Source: Camelus ferus (Eukaryota). From it: a DNA stretch of 64,000 bases. The notes beneath the pieces are model-generated. The model saw only the letters and a program-made list of their open reading frames with translations, did no database searches and had not been told where the DNA came from. The DNA is taken from the NCBI RefSeq assembly GCF_009834535.1, contig NC_045697.1, positions 45,262,001-45,326,000 of the forward strand. Direction: 5' to 3'. Shown here in pieces: positions 36,911 to 50,915 of this stretch. The translations under genes and the position numbers were made by a program. Within the stretch, counting starts at the first letter, position 1; each line of letters opens with the position of its first letter.

Positions 36911-37795
36911 AAATACCATTATTATTTTTGAATTGGAGCTGTCATTCATTACCAAGATCCATGCCAAATAATGCCCCTAAAGAACTACAGGGAGTTACAG
37001 AGACTTTTTTAAATTAATGAGTTGCTTTTTATTAAAATGCATTAGTTATTATTTTTGTACTATCATTTATATAAGATTTACTTAGTTTGCAGCCATGAGT
37101 ATTATACTGGCTTTCAGTTTTATAATTGATAGTGTTTTGATTTTTCAGCTTAAGCAATATGAGTAAGAAATACAGCGTGTAGCAAAGTCTTAAATATTTT
37201 GCCACATCACTTATGTTGTGAAGACATATCAGGTCAAAGAGACAAAAGCAGGCACTATTAAATATACAGGATCTTCTAGTTATCATAAAATTTTGTGCAC
37301 GAGTTGGTTAGATGAATTAATAAAGCATCTTTCTTTTTCACCAGGTTTTTAAAAAATGTTTTTCCTCATTCTTTCAGTTTTTCTTATTCATTTCAAAAGA
37401 ACAGAGTTCAAGTAATCTTTAGAAAAAGAGCTTTCCAGACTTATGCTTTTTCTTCCTTACCCCAGTAGGAGAGATTTCTCCTTCTCTCAATTAAAAAATT
37501 TCTTCCCACTTATAGCTGTATCTCTCATACAGTTAATCAGGGAAATTGTCTTGGAGCCATCTTTGGGGTGTCTAGTGTAGCAAGAGAAATGGGACCACAA
37601 GACAGAGGCAGATTAGGCCGAAGATGACAACATTAGCTGGTCCTAAAAGGATGTAGGAGATGCTCATACATGTACAATAAGCACCTGTGTCTGGTTTCCT
37701 GGCAACAACGTCCTTCCATGCTCCTCCCTCAAACAGTGTGCTTCTTTTTTGCAGTAAATATTCACCTGTTTGGCTTCCCTGTGGCTCATGTTAAA

Positions 37796-38295
37796 TGTTT
37801 CAGTTACTATTGCTGCAAAACAAACCACCTCTAATTCAGGGGAACAGAACAACGATCATTTTACTGTGCTCACAGATTCTGGAGGCCAGGGATTTTGCGT
37901 GAGCACAGTAGAGATCCTTTCCTCTACTCCATAAACCTGAGAGTGGAACAGACAGTGGTGACCTGAATGGTTGAGAGCTGGGATCATCTGGAAGCTTTTC
38001 CACTCACATGTCTGACTCCTGGGCTGGAGGGACTCAAGTTTGGCTTCACTGGGAACCATTGGCCAGAAAGTCTGTTTCTGGCCTCTGCATCTTAACAAGA
38101 CATCCCTGACTGCTCGAGAGAGAGGGCCAATGAACAAGGTGAAAGATGCAAGGCCTTTAACAACGAACGTCAGAAGCAATATAGTGTCCCTTCTGTCATA
38201 CTCTATTGGTCAAAAGTTGTTGTTATGAGCCCACCCAGATTCCAAGAAAGGAAACATAGACCCTACTTCTTAATTGAAAAGGCATCAAGGAATTT
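37796..38295 (-). mobile_element. MaLR LTR (MLT1H/I-like)
   Basis: tcagttactattgctgcaaaacaaaccacc...gctcacagattctg...ctgggatcatctggaagc...ctctattggtcaaa...cccagattccaag. Confidence 0.75.
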
Positions 38296-38899
38296 TCAAC
38301 TTTTTTTTTTAAAAAAACCTCAATATTCAATTTCACTTTAAGAACTGAGAATCAGGGATAAATACACATAATTGATTTCCCTGAACCACACATCTCCAGA
38401 CAGAAATCTTGGTGAGAAAGTGAGATGAGATCTTATGTAATCTAAGTGAGGAGATGTTCTGTTCTAGACAGGGCTTTGTGTGGTAGGGACTTATGAGTCA
38501 AAATTCTGTATTTTGTGCTTGAGATTTTGCCCTCAAGAAACAGGTTTCCTGTTGGGGTGTGAATAAAACATGTTAACATCCATGGTTGGCATGAAGATCC
38601 ACTGAGATATTGTGAAGAGCAATATTCTACTAGATTGACTTCTCCAAGCAAACCCAAGGCAGAGAAAGAGTAGAACTCAGTAGTCCCTTAATACTTAGAC
38701 TGGATTTAGGTTAACAAATCACAGGTTGCATCTAGAAGGGAAACGGTGACAATCTGACGGGCTTTATAAAATTCATTTTTCTGAGAAGCCTTGTGGCTGG
38801 CAGTTGGGAGTATGTTTCACTGTTTTAAAGACCTAGTTACCCTTTAAGCCAATCATGTATTATGACCACATATCAGATTTATCTGTGATATTAAGGCAT

Positions 38900-39110
38900 A
38901 ATAATATAGCAGCAAACATTTATTTAGTGCTCACTGTGTGCTAAATATATGTTAAACACTTAACACAGATTTAATATTAACCATATTATTATCATCTACA
39001 TGTTAAGATGGAGAAACTAAGGTTTATGGGAATTATGTATTTCATGAGGTTCTGGAAGCATGTAATATACAAAGCTGGAATTTGAATTCAGCTAACATAT
39101 ATTATACTGA
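38900..39110 (-). mobile_element. MIR SINE
   Basis: aacatttatttagtgctcactgtgtgc...gatggagaaactaaggttt...gctggaatttgaattcag. Confidence 0.65.
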
Positions 39111-39435
39111 CTAATGATACAAAGCCTTACCTATTTTATAGCCTTTTTTGGGTTATGCCAACATAACACTAAATTAGGTTTTGACTCAACCTAGATAATT
39201 TAATTCCATAAATATTTATCAGACAACTCTTCAGTCTAACTAAACTAATGTTTAGTGAGAGGTTAATGTCAACCAGGCTCTGACACATAGAGATGACAAG
39301 ATAAAAACTTCACCTTCAAGGACAGTGCACAGTTTATTAGGAGAAAAGACTATTGCCATACCGAGGGGTAAATCTCAACCTAGTTTTAAACATTGTGTAA
39401 GTGCTATGGAGACCAGAAAAATGAGCCAGACACAA

Positions 39436-39612
39436 AAGGGTGGGGAGGGAGACGATAAATTGGGAGTTTGGGATTAGCAGATACAAACTACTGTATATAG
39501 AATAAATAAACAACAAGTTCCTCCTATATAGCACAGGGAACTATATTCAGTATTTTGTAGTAACTTATAATGAAAAAGAATACATATATAAATACATATA
39601 TATATACATAAA
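39436..39612 (+). mobile_element. LINE-1 3' UTR fragment
   Basis: gataaattgggagtttgggattagcagatacaaactac...agcacagggaactatattca, homologous to the 3' UTR at about 4890-5050. Confidence 0.88.
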
Positions 39613-40064
39613 TCTGTCCTCAAATACTTGTAATTTTTTTGAAGAACTGAATTCTATTAACATAGCCTCATCAGATAATCTAGGCAAATATCCATTCTGG
39701 ATCCTGATTTATGGTTTCTGATGATTGTTGGTAGTTTCTTTAGATTTCAAGATAGTGTTCCTTGGTGAAACATTCCATTTTTTTATGAATGTATCCAAAC
39801 CTGTCAGAAAATAACCAATTATGCTTTTATGCAAGAACAACCAACATTGCTTGTATAGATGACAATAGCACCGTGCAGAATGACTATCACTGTGGATGCA
39901 TTGCCTTCAACTTTTAAAGTGTTAATTACAATAGAGAAAACCTATCCCTGAGACTTGCCGCTGGATAGTTAGTATTTTCAGTTAGTTACGTTTTGATCCA
40001 TCCACCCATCCATCTAACATCCATTTAACTGCACAAGAGTGTGATGGATGTTAATGTCACCTGT

Positions 40065-40435
40065 CAGCTGTGTGGTGAATCTGGCTCACACAGGCTTGTG
40101 AGTGGCAATTGTTAAATTTCCAGGAATTTGCATGCTTTAAAACCAGCCATTTAAAAAAATCTCAAATGATACAAACCTACAGTTAAATAAATTAAGGTAA
40201 ATTAAAAGTAAAGTTAATAAATAATCAAAACTCATCATTTCTTAATTATTTTACTGCATTTCAGTATTATCTATGCTATTAAGTGTATTTAAACTTATTA
40301 TATCTGTATGATAGACATATTATATAATGGTAAATTACTTTGCATTTCTTCCCAACTCTACATTCAGTGATGTAATCTTAGTAGCTTGAAACCAATCATG
40401 GAGGGAATATGTACACTTTGGGAACTAGCAAAAGT
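40065..40435 (+). mobile_element. MER63B/C-like hAT (Blackjack) element
   Basis: attgttaaatttccaggaattt...aataaataatcaaaactcatc...cttcccaactctacattcagtga...gtagcttgaaa; homologous to 33075-33284. Confidence 0.8.
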
Positions 40436-40754
40436 GACTTGGTATATGTCATGGTTATAAAACTGGCTGGGGACAGTGTTTTAAGAAATGACGTTTGTTC
40501 TTTGTTTATTTTGTAATGAAGATCTTTTATTTCACTGAACATTTAAAATAAACTAAATACATTTGATAGTTTAAAAAATGAATCATCCCAGGAGGCTGTA
40601 TAATGGAAAAAAAAAATCCCACAAAACCAGTTCACTATAGTCCTACTCTACATGGTGTGGTAACTGCTTTTAACTCTTAACTATTTCTTCTGGTAGTTAT
40701 TTTCATATTTAGAAACAATACCTTTTTTTAAAGTTAAAGATGTACAACATAATG

Positions 40755-41045
40755 ATTTTTTGAATTGAGATATAATTGACCTATAATACTGTGTAAGTTT
40801 AAGGTCTACAAGGTGTTGATTTGATACATTTATGTATTGCAATATGGTTACCACTGTTGTGTTAGCTAACACCTCCATCATCACATAATTATCATTTCTA
40901 TTTGGTGAGGATATTTTGAGATCTAGTCTCTTAGCAACTTCGAAGTATACAACACAGTCTTACTAACTATAACCACCATGCTGTGCACTAGATCTCCAGA
41001 ACTCATTCATCTTGTACTTGCAAGTTTGTATCCTTTGACCAACAA
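40755..41045 (-). mobile_element. Old L1 (L1MA-like) 3' end
   Basis: attgagatataattgac...gtaagtttaagg...atctagtctcttagcaactt...ccatgctgtgcactagatctccagaact. Confidence 0.8.
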
Positions 41046-43307
41046 GCAGTAAAGAAGCAATATTCTTAAAATGCATGTGGTAAAGTGATTTCAGATACCA
41101 AGATACCAATTTTATATTGTCTTTGGTTTGCCCCCAAATGAATCAATAATTTTCACTTAAACATTTTTTCAAACAGAAAATAATAATTTATTTTAACTTT
41201 ATTTTACTTCGTATTTGTAACTAATGATTTCATAAACTTACTTGTAAAAGTATGTCCCTTCAAATCTACGAAGCAAAATTTACTACTATGAACACTTAAA
41301 ATTCTACAAACCATCTCCATCTGCATTTGATTCTAGAATTTGATGTTGAAATTATTTTCTCTTGGCATTTTGAAGGCACTAGGACTAAATCATCTTTTTT
41401 TCTCCACACTTTTCCCACCAACACTACAGTGACAGAATAATTCTGAGTTTATATTATATATTTAATAGATATTGTTTATTTGACAGTCCACTGTGTATTT
41501 ACTATATAGAAACTGTCAGGAACATAATTTATTTAATTCCTTCCAGTGCTTAGCATTATTAGGCATTATAAAAAAATATTTATTGAAAGAAGAAGTGGTA
41601 AAATTAAATTACCCAGGGATAATTAAAAAAATGTATTTGCTCCAAATTAATTTTTATTTGTGCAATATATGGTGCAAATACATCAGAAAACACAAACATC
41701 ATCTACAAGATAGGAGAAAGACAGCTGTGAGCACTTCTTGTGTTAAGAGTGTTTTGAAAGAAGCTGCTATTCTCACTTACTATTATACTATTATTTTTCT
41801 CTGGAAATCCTCCAATTTGTCATAAAAGTCAATAGGGTAAATTTTCTTTATAGAAACTTACTCTATGATCAAAGTCAATTGGGCCTATCCTTTTTGTAAA
41901 TAACACAATGGCTATGAAAAACAAAACAAAAATATCCATTATACGATTTTCATACTTACCACATAATTAGATCTCTTTTAAATAAGACAGGTATTTAAAT
42001 AGTTAAATGACACAGCTTAAAGTATAACCTAAGATTTTTCCCTATTTAGTCCCATTTTGACTTTTTTCTGGCTCCCTTTAATTAGCCTGATGGAGTGAGT
42101 TCGAGATCTTAAGTCTTATGTGAGCCTGAGCCAAGTTCTCAGCTCATTAATGTCTGAGTTTACCCAAGTTTCTCACAATTTCCTCCTTCAAAGTAAGACA
42201 TACCAAACTCTTTAGAAAGGAGAGATGTAAAATGATTCAGATTTGGGTTTTCGTGGACCCAAAATGAAATGCTCTGTAGAGTTTATTAAAGCTTCTTTTG
42301 TGAAAGTTGAGCAGCACTTGTTAACTAGGCAGCTTCTGGGCAAAGTCCCACTCAGCTGCCTCCAGGCTCAGTCTAGAGAATTCTCTTTTTTATCTTTAAT
42401 TTTCTTCTTTCACATTTCTTTCCTTCATGTTTAGATGAGAAAGGGCAAGTTCACCCTTGTCTTAGTCTTTGACAACCTCAGACTTTCCTGGTTCTCCTTG
42501 ACATTGGACACAGTCTGGTGAGTAGTAATGAGAGGCAGGGAAGTCAGCTGGGAGGTAAGAGTGAAGAGGGTGGGATTCATGTGTGCTGGTCCTCAGAAGA
42601 GTCATCAATAGCCTGTGCTGGGCCTGGCATCCAGTTTATTATTTAAGTGGACGTCTCAGTTTAGAGATTGCCGTCTGGTTCTAACAATAAACGGATAGAG
42701 CTTTGAGAAGACACATGGCTGATTGCCCAGGCTGCCTTCTTTCCTTCCCTTGGAGCACCCCTCTGCCAGACACCATCCTGGTGAACAAAGCACATGGGAG
42801 GAAACTGACAAAGAACCAATACACACACGAGGTAATTTACTTATCTAGGATCATTGAAGGTGATTAAGCGCTGGGAAGAAAAGTCAAGCAGGGAAGGTGA
42901 CAGGGAGCACTGAACACTGGGAGCCAGACTACAGACTCTCTCCACACCTAGTGAATCAGACTAGCCAAGGGTGTGAGGAGCAGGTATCTGAATTATGAAC
43001 AAGCTCCCTGTGGGCTCAATTGTGTTTTAAAGTATAAGAATCACTGACCTAGATAAAATTCCTTGTGTTGTACTAAATAGTATAGGTAAAGAACAAATAC
43101 ATTCTTCAAAAGTTTCGTAGACTTTGTTGTTTATTGAGACTGTCTTTCTCCATTTGCTTTTCCTCTGAACATATGATGGAAATCTTTTTAGCATCCTCAT
43201 GCTCTTTTCTGTAGCTCTCACCCTGCTGTCTGAAGGTTGGCTTTTAGAGAAGATGGTGAAGGCAAGACTATCAGAAATCTCAGGCTGTAAGTAAGATACA
43301 CTGATTG

Positions 43308-43477
43308 AACAACAAGGTCCCTATAGCACAGGGAACTATATTCAACACCTTGTAATAGTCTATAATGGAAAAGAATTTGAAAAGGAATATATATACATAT
43401 ATATAACAGAATCACTCTGCTGTACACCAGAAACTAACAGAACATTGTAAACCGACTATACTTCAATTTGAAAAAAA
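43308..43477 (+). mobile_element. Short LINE-1 3' UTR insertion with 15-bp TSD
   Basis: L1 terminus with A-tail; aagatacactgattg (43293-43307) and aagatgcactgattg (43478-43492). Confidence 0.93.
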
Positions 43478-44354
43478 AAGATGCACTGATTGGTTTCAAT
43501 AAAATCACTCAGAGAAGATGATACTTAGACAACAATGAGTTATAACAAAAAAATTAACTGTGATATTACTTTATTCAATTACGTAGAAGTGCTTTTGTTT
43601 GGACTCGAGGATGCAACTCAATTTTCTTTTGCTAAAAACGTGCATGCTTGTAAATTTTTATTATCTTTATCTATGGAAACAGACTACTCTGGATGGCTCT
43701 AACATCACATGACCTGTTCACTAAACATTTGGGCAGGGCAATAAATCTTGATGAACTTTGTCCGTTGTTCTTATTAGTGAGAGATTAAAAACCGACAGGT
43801 AGAGCAAATGATTTAATAAGTAACCTCTGCTCTTCAGAGTCAGTGGGATTAGGGCTTGCTGTAGGGAAAAGGAGTGGAAGCAATTTCTTCCTTTCAGTTT
43901 CTCTTAGCAACCTCAGGTCTCTGTCATAGTGGATCCGAGAGTACTCACAGGAGCTGGATGCTCGTGCAGGACACAAGGAAGTGCTTTTCTCCTGACAAGT
44001 ATCAAAGCCCTGGGAAATATGATGAAGTGAGTACAGGAAACGAGTAGGACATTTCCCATTAGTTTTATAGTGAGAATAGTTATCAGTTTAACTCTTTTAT
44101 TTTGAAAAAATTATGAACACTTGTATTATTTTTATATTTTAAGCATATGACTTGAATACACTCCAATTTAAATTTGGTTCCAAGCAAAGAGGTCATACTG
44201 GGATTTAAACTGATGAAGTAAATACATTCTCTTTTCTGTCTAGAGACCCTGGTCCTTTATTGAATGATTCTTAACTTTGAAATAGCTGGTATTTTGTTAT
44301 AGAGCTTGGGAAGCTAAATAAATAAGTGAGAGGCACACCGACATAGTTAAAAAA

Positions 44355-44550
44355 ATTCTGGAGATTAAGTTCAGAAAACCCGAGTTTGAATTCATATTAC
44401 TATGAATTACCTTGGTAGCCTTCATTTTTCATTGGCAAAAGTTGGGGTAATGTGTGAATCCCAGGACTATTGGAAAGGTTAAATGAAATAACATGCAAAG
44501 GCAGCTGGCACAGTACCCAGTACATAGAATAAACCCAAATGACGCTAGTT
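44355..44550 (+). mobile_element. MIR SINE
   Basis: ccgagtttgaatt...aggttaaatgaaataacatgcaaag...ctggcacagtacccagtacatag. Confidence 0.65.
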
Positions 44551-47169
44551 CACATCACGTGATATGACACAACAAGACGTTTCATCCAATAATCAATGCG
44601 TATCAGTCAATTGGTGAAGCTTTCTATAACAGAAGGATTTTCATATGGGAAATGACAGAGAGTTTACTATCAGTGATTTTAGTAGAAATTTTACACTTAC
44701 TGGGAATGTTTGAATGTTGTGTTTGCTGGACGTAATCATACCAACCAAAAACCAAGATCTCTGGGGCAACCTGCCACAAAATAGCACCCATGCATTTTAA
44801 TAATGTTCTTCATAAAGTGAAGATCTGCTTCAAAAGACAACCCCAAGTCTCTGTGTGCTTGATTCTGTTGGTTCCAAAGAGAAAAGAAAATGCTGGTCAT
44901 GGTGTGTGAGTAGGTAGTGAAAGAGGCTGGTGTGTGTGTGTGGAGGGAGTGGAGTACTGATCAGGACTCTGGGTTTCAAGGTTTATAAATGTGGGGAGAA
45001 CTATAGCAAGTTCACAATGCTGATCATGAGAATGTAGTGGCTCTGTGCTAACTCACCGCTTCAAGTCTGGAAGGCTGTTAGCAACTTGGGGCCCTGCCCT
45101 AGAGACCAGCAGAATTACTGTCATTAGATCGTTTTAGTTTCTGGCTGCCAGAGTATACATGACAGCAGCAATGAAGTCTGCCATTCTGGCGAAGGCGAGC
45201 CTTTACAGCTGTAGCCAGGATGTCTAGAGAACATGGAATAGACATGCTCTCTTGCTTCTCCTCATTATTCAGGAAATATCCTTGATCCCTTGGCAGAACA
45301 CTCACTTACTTGTGGGGCAAGAAAGAAAAATGCAATGCTTGCCTTCTAGACCAACAGAACCTAGGTGTTGCTATGACTTTCCAGCAGTGATGCGAGCCTT
45401 TCCAGGCAACTGGTCCCTAAGCCTGGCACCACACGTTAGACTAAGAATACAGAGAGTTGTAGTCTGAGGTCAGTTTGCAAATTGCTTCCTTGTACAAAGG
45501 ATAGTCTCAGAGAGTCTTTCATAAAACAGAATTATTTTTTAAAGTCCTGTTTTTACAAAGAATTGAGCCAGCGAAACTCTTTTAAAATTAGTCTTTACTT
45601 ATTAAACATTTCATCAACCCTTTTCAATGTGAGGATATAAACTTTAAAATGTTAGAAGCAGAAAATGAAATAGCTCAATTCTAAAACAGTAATACTCCCA
45701 AATCAAATGATTTTTTAGACATCACTATTTTCTTTAGCTCATTAGTAAGGCAGTATTGTCCATTTAGATTTGGTTTCTAATTGCTTCTCAGGAGAAATGA
45801 TTGTTAGAGTTGGACTCTTTTATGAAAAATTTACCTGTGGGGCTAGAATATAAACTTCTAGTGTCACAGAACCAATTTGTCTTGAGGCATTTTGCTCTAT
45901 AAAGGTATATAGTCCTATCCAGCCAAGTGATTTATTCCAAAGTGATTCACTGAAAATGTACACAGGATAAGGCACTGTGTGAGGGGTGATGGCGAGGAGA
46001 GGGGAAAGTACTAACATTGTCCAAGGTCTGGCTCCGTATTTGACAGGTTCTCAGGTTTACTGAGGAAGGTGATGGGTAAACAGGATACAATGAAATGATA
46101 AAGCGAGACAGCACTGCAGGATTCTGTGTCGATGAATTGTACAGGCAGAAAGGGTTCTAGGAATGGAAGTCCAGCCAGCAAGATCAGGTTCATGGTGTGA
46201 GCAGAGTTTACATTACTCTCCCTGAGCCTTTATTTAGACATTACTTAAAAGCAAAGAAGGATGGACTGAAGCAGGTGAAAAGTAGTGTGAGTTTTGTAGA
46301 CTTGAACTTGGCACAGCAACAACTCTAGGGTTTGTAGATCCAAAATACCATTTTTTAAGCTATGCTTAACACTCCTGAGTCTCCCAGATGCCTGATACAG
46401 TGCCTCCATCTACCTGGATGGGAATCTTTTTTTCTTTAACTAAAGTCCAGTTGGCATCAGTGATGAACTGAATAGTCCAGTGACTGCTTATCTGCCTCAT
46501 ACTAAGGGTGAAATTAAGAACTCTGAGTCCAAGCATGAAGGCAAGCTATATCAGAATAGACTTTGCTCACTATCCCAGTGAGGATTTTGGATGTAATGTA
46601 GACTCTGCCAGTGATGATGACAGCCTGCCTGCCATTCATATCTCCTCTTTCCAGAGATAATGTTTATTACTGGAACCAAAGCACATACCAGAGACTTGTT
46701 TCTGGCCCGCATTATAACAAAATGTCATAGTGTTTGAGGTAGCTATAGGGTTAGATCTAAAGACGGCTTAAGTTAATGAAGATTTTTAGAGCAAGCAGGG
46801 CAAACAAAACCTTCAATCTCAACCCTCTCCACCAAGGCCTCCTTCACCTTTAAGATTTCTTTCTCAAAAAGAAGGTTTAATTACAAAATATAAGAATGAA
46901 TCCTTGGCGTGTTCCTCCTATGCCCGCCATGTGGCAATACTATTCTTGGTAGCAGAGGCATATTTTAGCTATTATTTGTTAGTGCTGGGGCCACATGTCA
47001 ATATCTTCCAGCATTTGGGGGGACGTGAGAGTGAAACAACGGGGTTGATTCTCATTTCCTCCCACCCCAGGCCTGAAAGCAAGTATGAGAAACCATACAG
47101 GGCAGTGCGATGTGAACGAGGCAGAGCCATGCTCTGACAGAGCCCTTTAAAAATAAGCAAGTTATGAGA

Positions 47170-47260
47170 ACGCGTATCTGTGTATGTAAGGCTAAAACAT
47201 TACGCTGTACACTAGAAACTGACAGAGCATTTTAAACTGACTGTACTTCAATTAAAAAAA
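47170..47260 (+). mobile_element. LINE-1 3' tip
   Basis: gctgtacactagaaactgacagagcattttaaactgactgtacttcaattaaaaaaaa. Confidence 0.8.
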
Positions 47261-49344
47261 AGTAAACAAATTAGCCGAGATTACTCTCAAGGTAAAATGA
47301 AAACCTTACCTCCTCTCTTATTCAAAGAAGTTTTCTCAGACCAAGCCTGGAAGAAATGCATCATTTCCTTCCACTCTAGAGCCAATAAAAAAAGATCTGC
47401 AATTAGATCCAGTCCACTATTAGAGTTTGAAAAATCCATAAAGCTCATAGGAACAAACTTAAGATTCTGTGTTTCAAACACCAGTGGGTCTTAGAAGACT
47501 GCTGCTGTGTGTGCCCCTCAGTAGGGGATGATCTGTTCTTTCACCTGTTGAAAGTTCATTCCTTTTGGGGACCCCTATCTGCACCTCGGGACACAACCAG
47601 AGAATCAGGGGGCCCAAAACTCTTCATCAGCTGGAGTCACGTGGTTATATATGGGACCCCCTGATACCACGTGGGACTGCAAGCCTTTACCAGGTGATTT
47701 AGCCATTTCACACAGTGGTTGATGGCCATTTCATAGAGATGATGTGAGCGTGCCCCACAGCCCATTCTCAGTGATCGAAAGAGGCAGCATTTCTATCTAA
47801 CCCCTTCCTGACTTCCTTCTCACTAGTTCTGCCCGTAGCCTGGTGTTTCACTCCATGGCTAGCCATCTTGCCTGGTGTTTTTGATAGCAGAAATTATTTA
47901 TTTTTATACCCTATCTAATTAAAAACATCTTTTAAGATGATTTTGCGACTCTCTTGATCCTTATAGATGGTTTCTGCTAAAAGGAATGGGCAATAACCCT
48001 TATTTCCCAACCTAATGTTGCTCACCTTCACCTCGATTCTGGACAATGCTGCAACGTCATTCTGGAATAACAAAACAAGGTCCTAATGCTCATAGCCACT
48101 AAATAGCTACTGAAACTAATGGAAAGTCCTTCTCAATAAGCTATCCTCTATGTTAACGTAAGACTTTTAAGCAGAGAAGTCACTACCCCCTTAAGAGAGT
48201 TTGAAGTGCTTTGTGGTTGTTTTCCATTCAGAACTTTCTTTCAAGCTTTTCTTTTTTCAGACATGATTTCTACTATTAGAAAACAAGCCTCTCCAATTTG
48301 CATTCATGTAGCACTTAGTTCAGAGTGTAGTAAAGAAAATGCATTCATTTCCTATGTTTAAATAAAGAGATGAAGAAAACGGAATGGGATTTAGTGTTTT
48401 ATTTGATATATGTATATATTAGAATTTAGAAAAGTTTTCCTACAAGTAGATTCCATTGCCAAGTTTTAGACGTTTTGTTTTGCCCCTGAGATTTTGGGTG
48501 ACCACAAGAGGTCTAAAAAAAGAAAACACAAAGAAGAGAGAAAGAGAGCAAAAAATGTTACTCAGTAACCTGGCAAAAGAAAAATCCATATTTCACATCT
48601 AATTATGTGAAAAAACACCCATTTTCCCCTGTGGCCCATTGAAACAAATTGTTGAGAACAGAACCTTGCCTTTGTACAAAGAATATATATATTCCAAACT
48701 CTTGGTAGAAGTTGAACACAGTAAGCAATGTGTCTGGGGAAGAAGTGAGGAAGACTTTGCTGCTTCAGTATGAAGGGGATGCATGTCCCCACCATCCAGA
48801 TTGGGGGTGGGGGTGGGGGTGAAGGTGGGGGAAGTACAAAAGGAAAGAAATTATCTTAGTAGGAGGGACAAGACAGGCACATGGGGTCAGAGGCAGTCCT
48901 TGGATCTTATTGACACATATGACGATGATGGATATCTGGACTCTGTGAGCTATGCTTCTTGGTAAGCTCAGTAAATGCTACATTTCTGTGTGCATGTGCT
49001 GCTAAATTTCTGGAAAGTTTACATCCAGACATTAATGATCCATCACATAATCTGTCAGATCAATGGATTTATTTTTTAAAGACTTGCTAGATGATCCTGA
49101 TTTAAGTCCTCTACCTAAAAATCCTATTCAAAGCCTCAGTCTGACAATTAAGATATAACACTACACCACAAAAGGGCTTCATTGGTGTCTCCATAGAGAA
49201 GACCAGGAAGATCCTTTTCCCTTTCTTTGCTTCCATTTACTGATACCTCTAAGTGCGCTAGCCAGTCCTTCCAAGGATTGATTCTCTCTTGCCATGATAC
49301 AAAGGGGCTATGATACCTCAAATCCTTACCTGTATGTGTTACAT

Positions 49345-49595
49345 TAGTAACATATCAGAATTACTAGTAATTCTATGTTATTAGTAATTTTAGTAATTAC
49401 TAATATTATTAGTACCTGTGTTGCTGAAGTGAGCACTAATTATTAATATTATTAGTAACTTAAAATACTACGTTAGAATTAGAGGTAGCAGGCATGGTAG
49501 ACTTATTAGTAATACATTGCTAATATAAATATATGAATATTTTATATATTTATAATATATATTCATATATTTATATTAGTAATATATTAACTAGT
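49345..49595. repeat. AT-rich cluster of nested palindromes and inverted repeats
   Basis: 18-bp perfect palindrome at 49357-49374; 14-bp palindrome at 49390-49403; 21-bp perfect inverted arms at 49520-49540 and 49559-49579. Confidence 0.9.
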
Positions 49596-50305
49596 CATTC
49601 ATTCAGTAAATAAATTTTGGACACTCACTTGCCAGACATGCTTTTAGATTTATGAACAAACAGTAAACAAAACAGACACACATCCTTGTGAATGCAGAAG
49701 GTTCCATTCTACTGGGGGAAAACAAAATGAACAATAACCACAATAAATTAGTAAATTAAATAGTTGATAACTGCTATGGAAAAGTAGAAAGTAGAGCAGG
49801 ATGAGGGAAGCCAATAGTGCTGGGGGGAATGGGAGCTAGGGTGCAATTTTAAGAAAGATAAGCATCACTGCAAAGTGGAGTTTGAGCAAGAGGGAGTATT
49901 TGGGGGACAATAGATCCAGGTAGCGGGAACAGCCAGTGCAAAGGCCAGAAGGCAAAGAGTTAGTTGGTGTGTTCAGTGGAGGCTACTGCAGCTGGCCCAG
50001 AGAAGCCTGGGGAGAAGATGAGGTCAAGAGCCAGAAGACAAGGGGTGCGGAGAGGGGAAGCTGATCTTGAGTGCCCCATAGGACGTTACAAGGATTTGAG
50101 CTCTTACTGTGAGTGAAATTGGAAGCCACCATATCAATGTCATGATCTGATCTACATTTTAAAAGAATGGCTCTGGCTCCATGGGGATAGAGTTTAAGAG
50201 GGCAAGGATTGAGGCTGAGAAAGCAGTCAGGAGGCTGCTCCAGTGATCCAGAGCAAGATGAGGTGGCCTGGACCTGGTGGTGGCCGTGACGATGGTGAGA
50301 TCGCT
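49595..50305 (-). mobile_element. L2 LINE 3' region
   Basis: tcattcattcagtaaata..., gggaacagccagtgcaaaggcc, catgatctgatctacattttaaaagaatggctctggct. Confidence 0.85.
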
Positions 50306-50554
50306 TCTGAAGTTCCTGCCTGCAGGAGTTCCTTGTGGGTTTGATTACATCAGACCCCTCAGGGCTCCTGAGTGGTGTTCTTTGGGGACCACTCCTCTAG
50401 TGCTATTCGGCTTTGGGTAAGCCTGTCTGTAGCTCAGATTAGATAAGACTATAGCCCCATTCCTTTGTTCTCCTCTTGTTCGCTTACTTCTAGTTACACA
50501 TTTGTCGTGCATGTCATTCCCTGTTAATCTTCTTTTGACACTTAAGAAAAAAAG

Positions 50555-50915
50555 AATAGGACATAATATTTGTTAAACAGCTACATAAATAAGGCCTTGT
50601 GCTGGGCACTTCAAATGCCTATAATGACTTAACTAACATTTATTGAGTGCTGACTAACTGTCAGGTGCTGTGTTAAACACTTTTGTACAGGTCATCTGAC
50701 AACAATCATGGGAAGCTACTATTATTATCCCTTCTTACAAGATGGGGAAATCAAAGCTTAATAAAATGTAGATTCCCTGCCTCAGAGTATCTCATAAGCA
50801 GCAGAGCAAGGAATCAAACCCAAGATTGTCTGGAGCTCTTAAGTATTTTGCTTTCCATTTAATCCTCACTCCCCAGTCCCCCAAAGTCCATGAGGTAAGA
50901 ATTATTGTCCCCATG
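50555..50915 (-). mobile_element. MIR SINE(s), probably one nested in another
   Basis: taacatttattgagtgctgac...attattatcccttcttacaagatggggaaatcaaagc, plus a second tttaatcctcac...gaggtaag...attattgtcccc. Confidence 0.65.
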
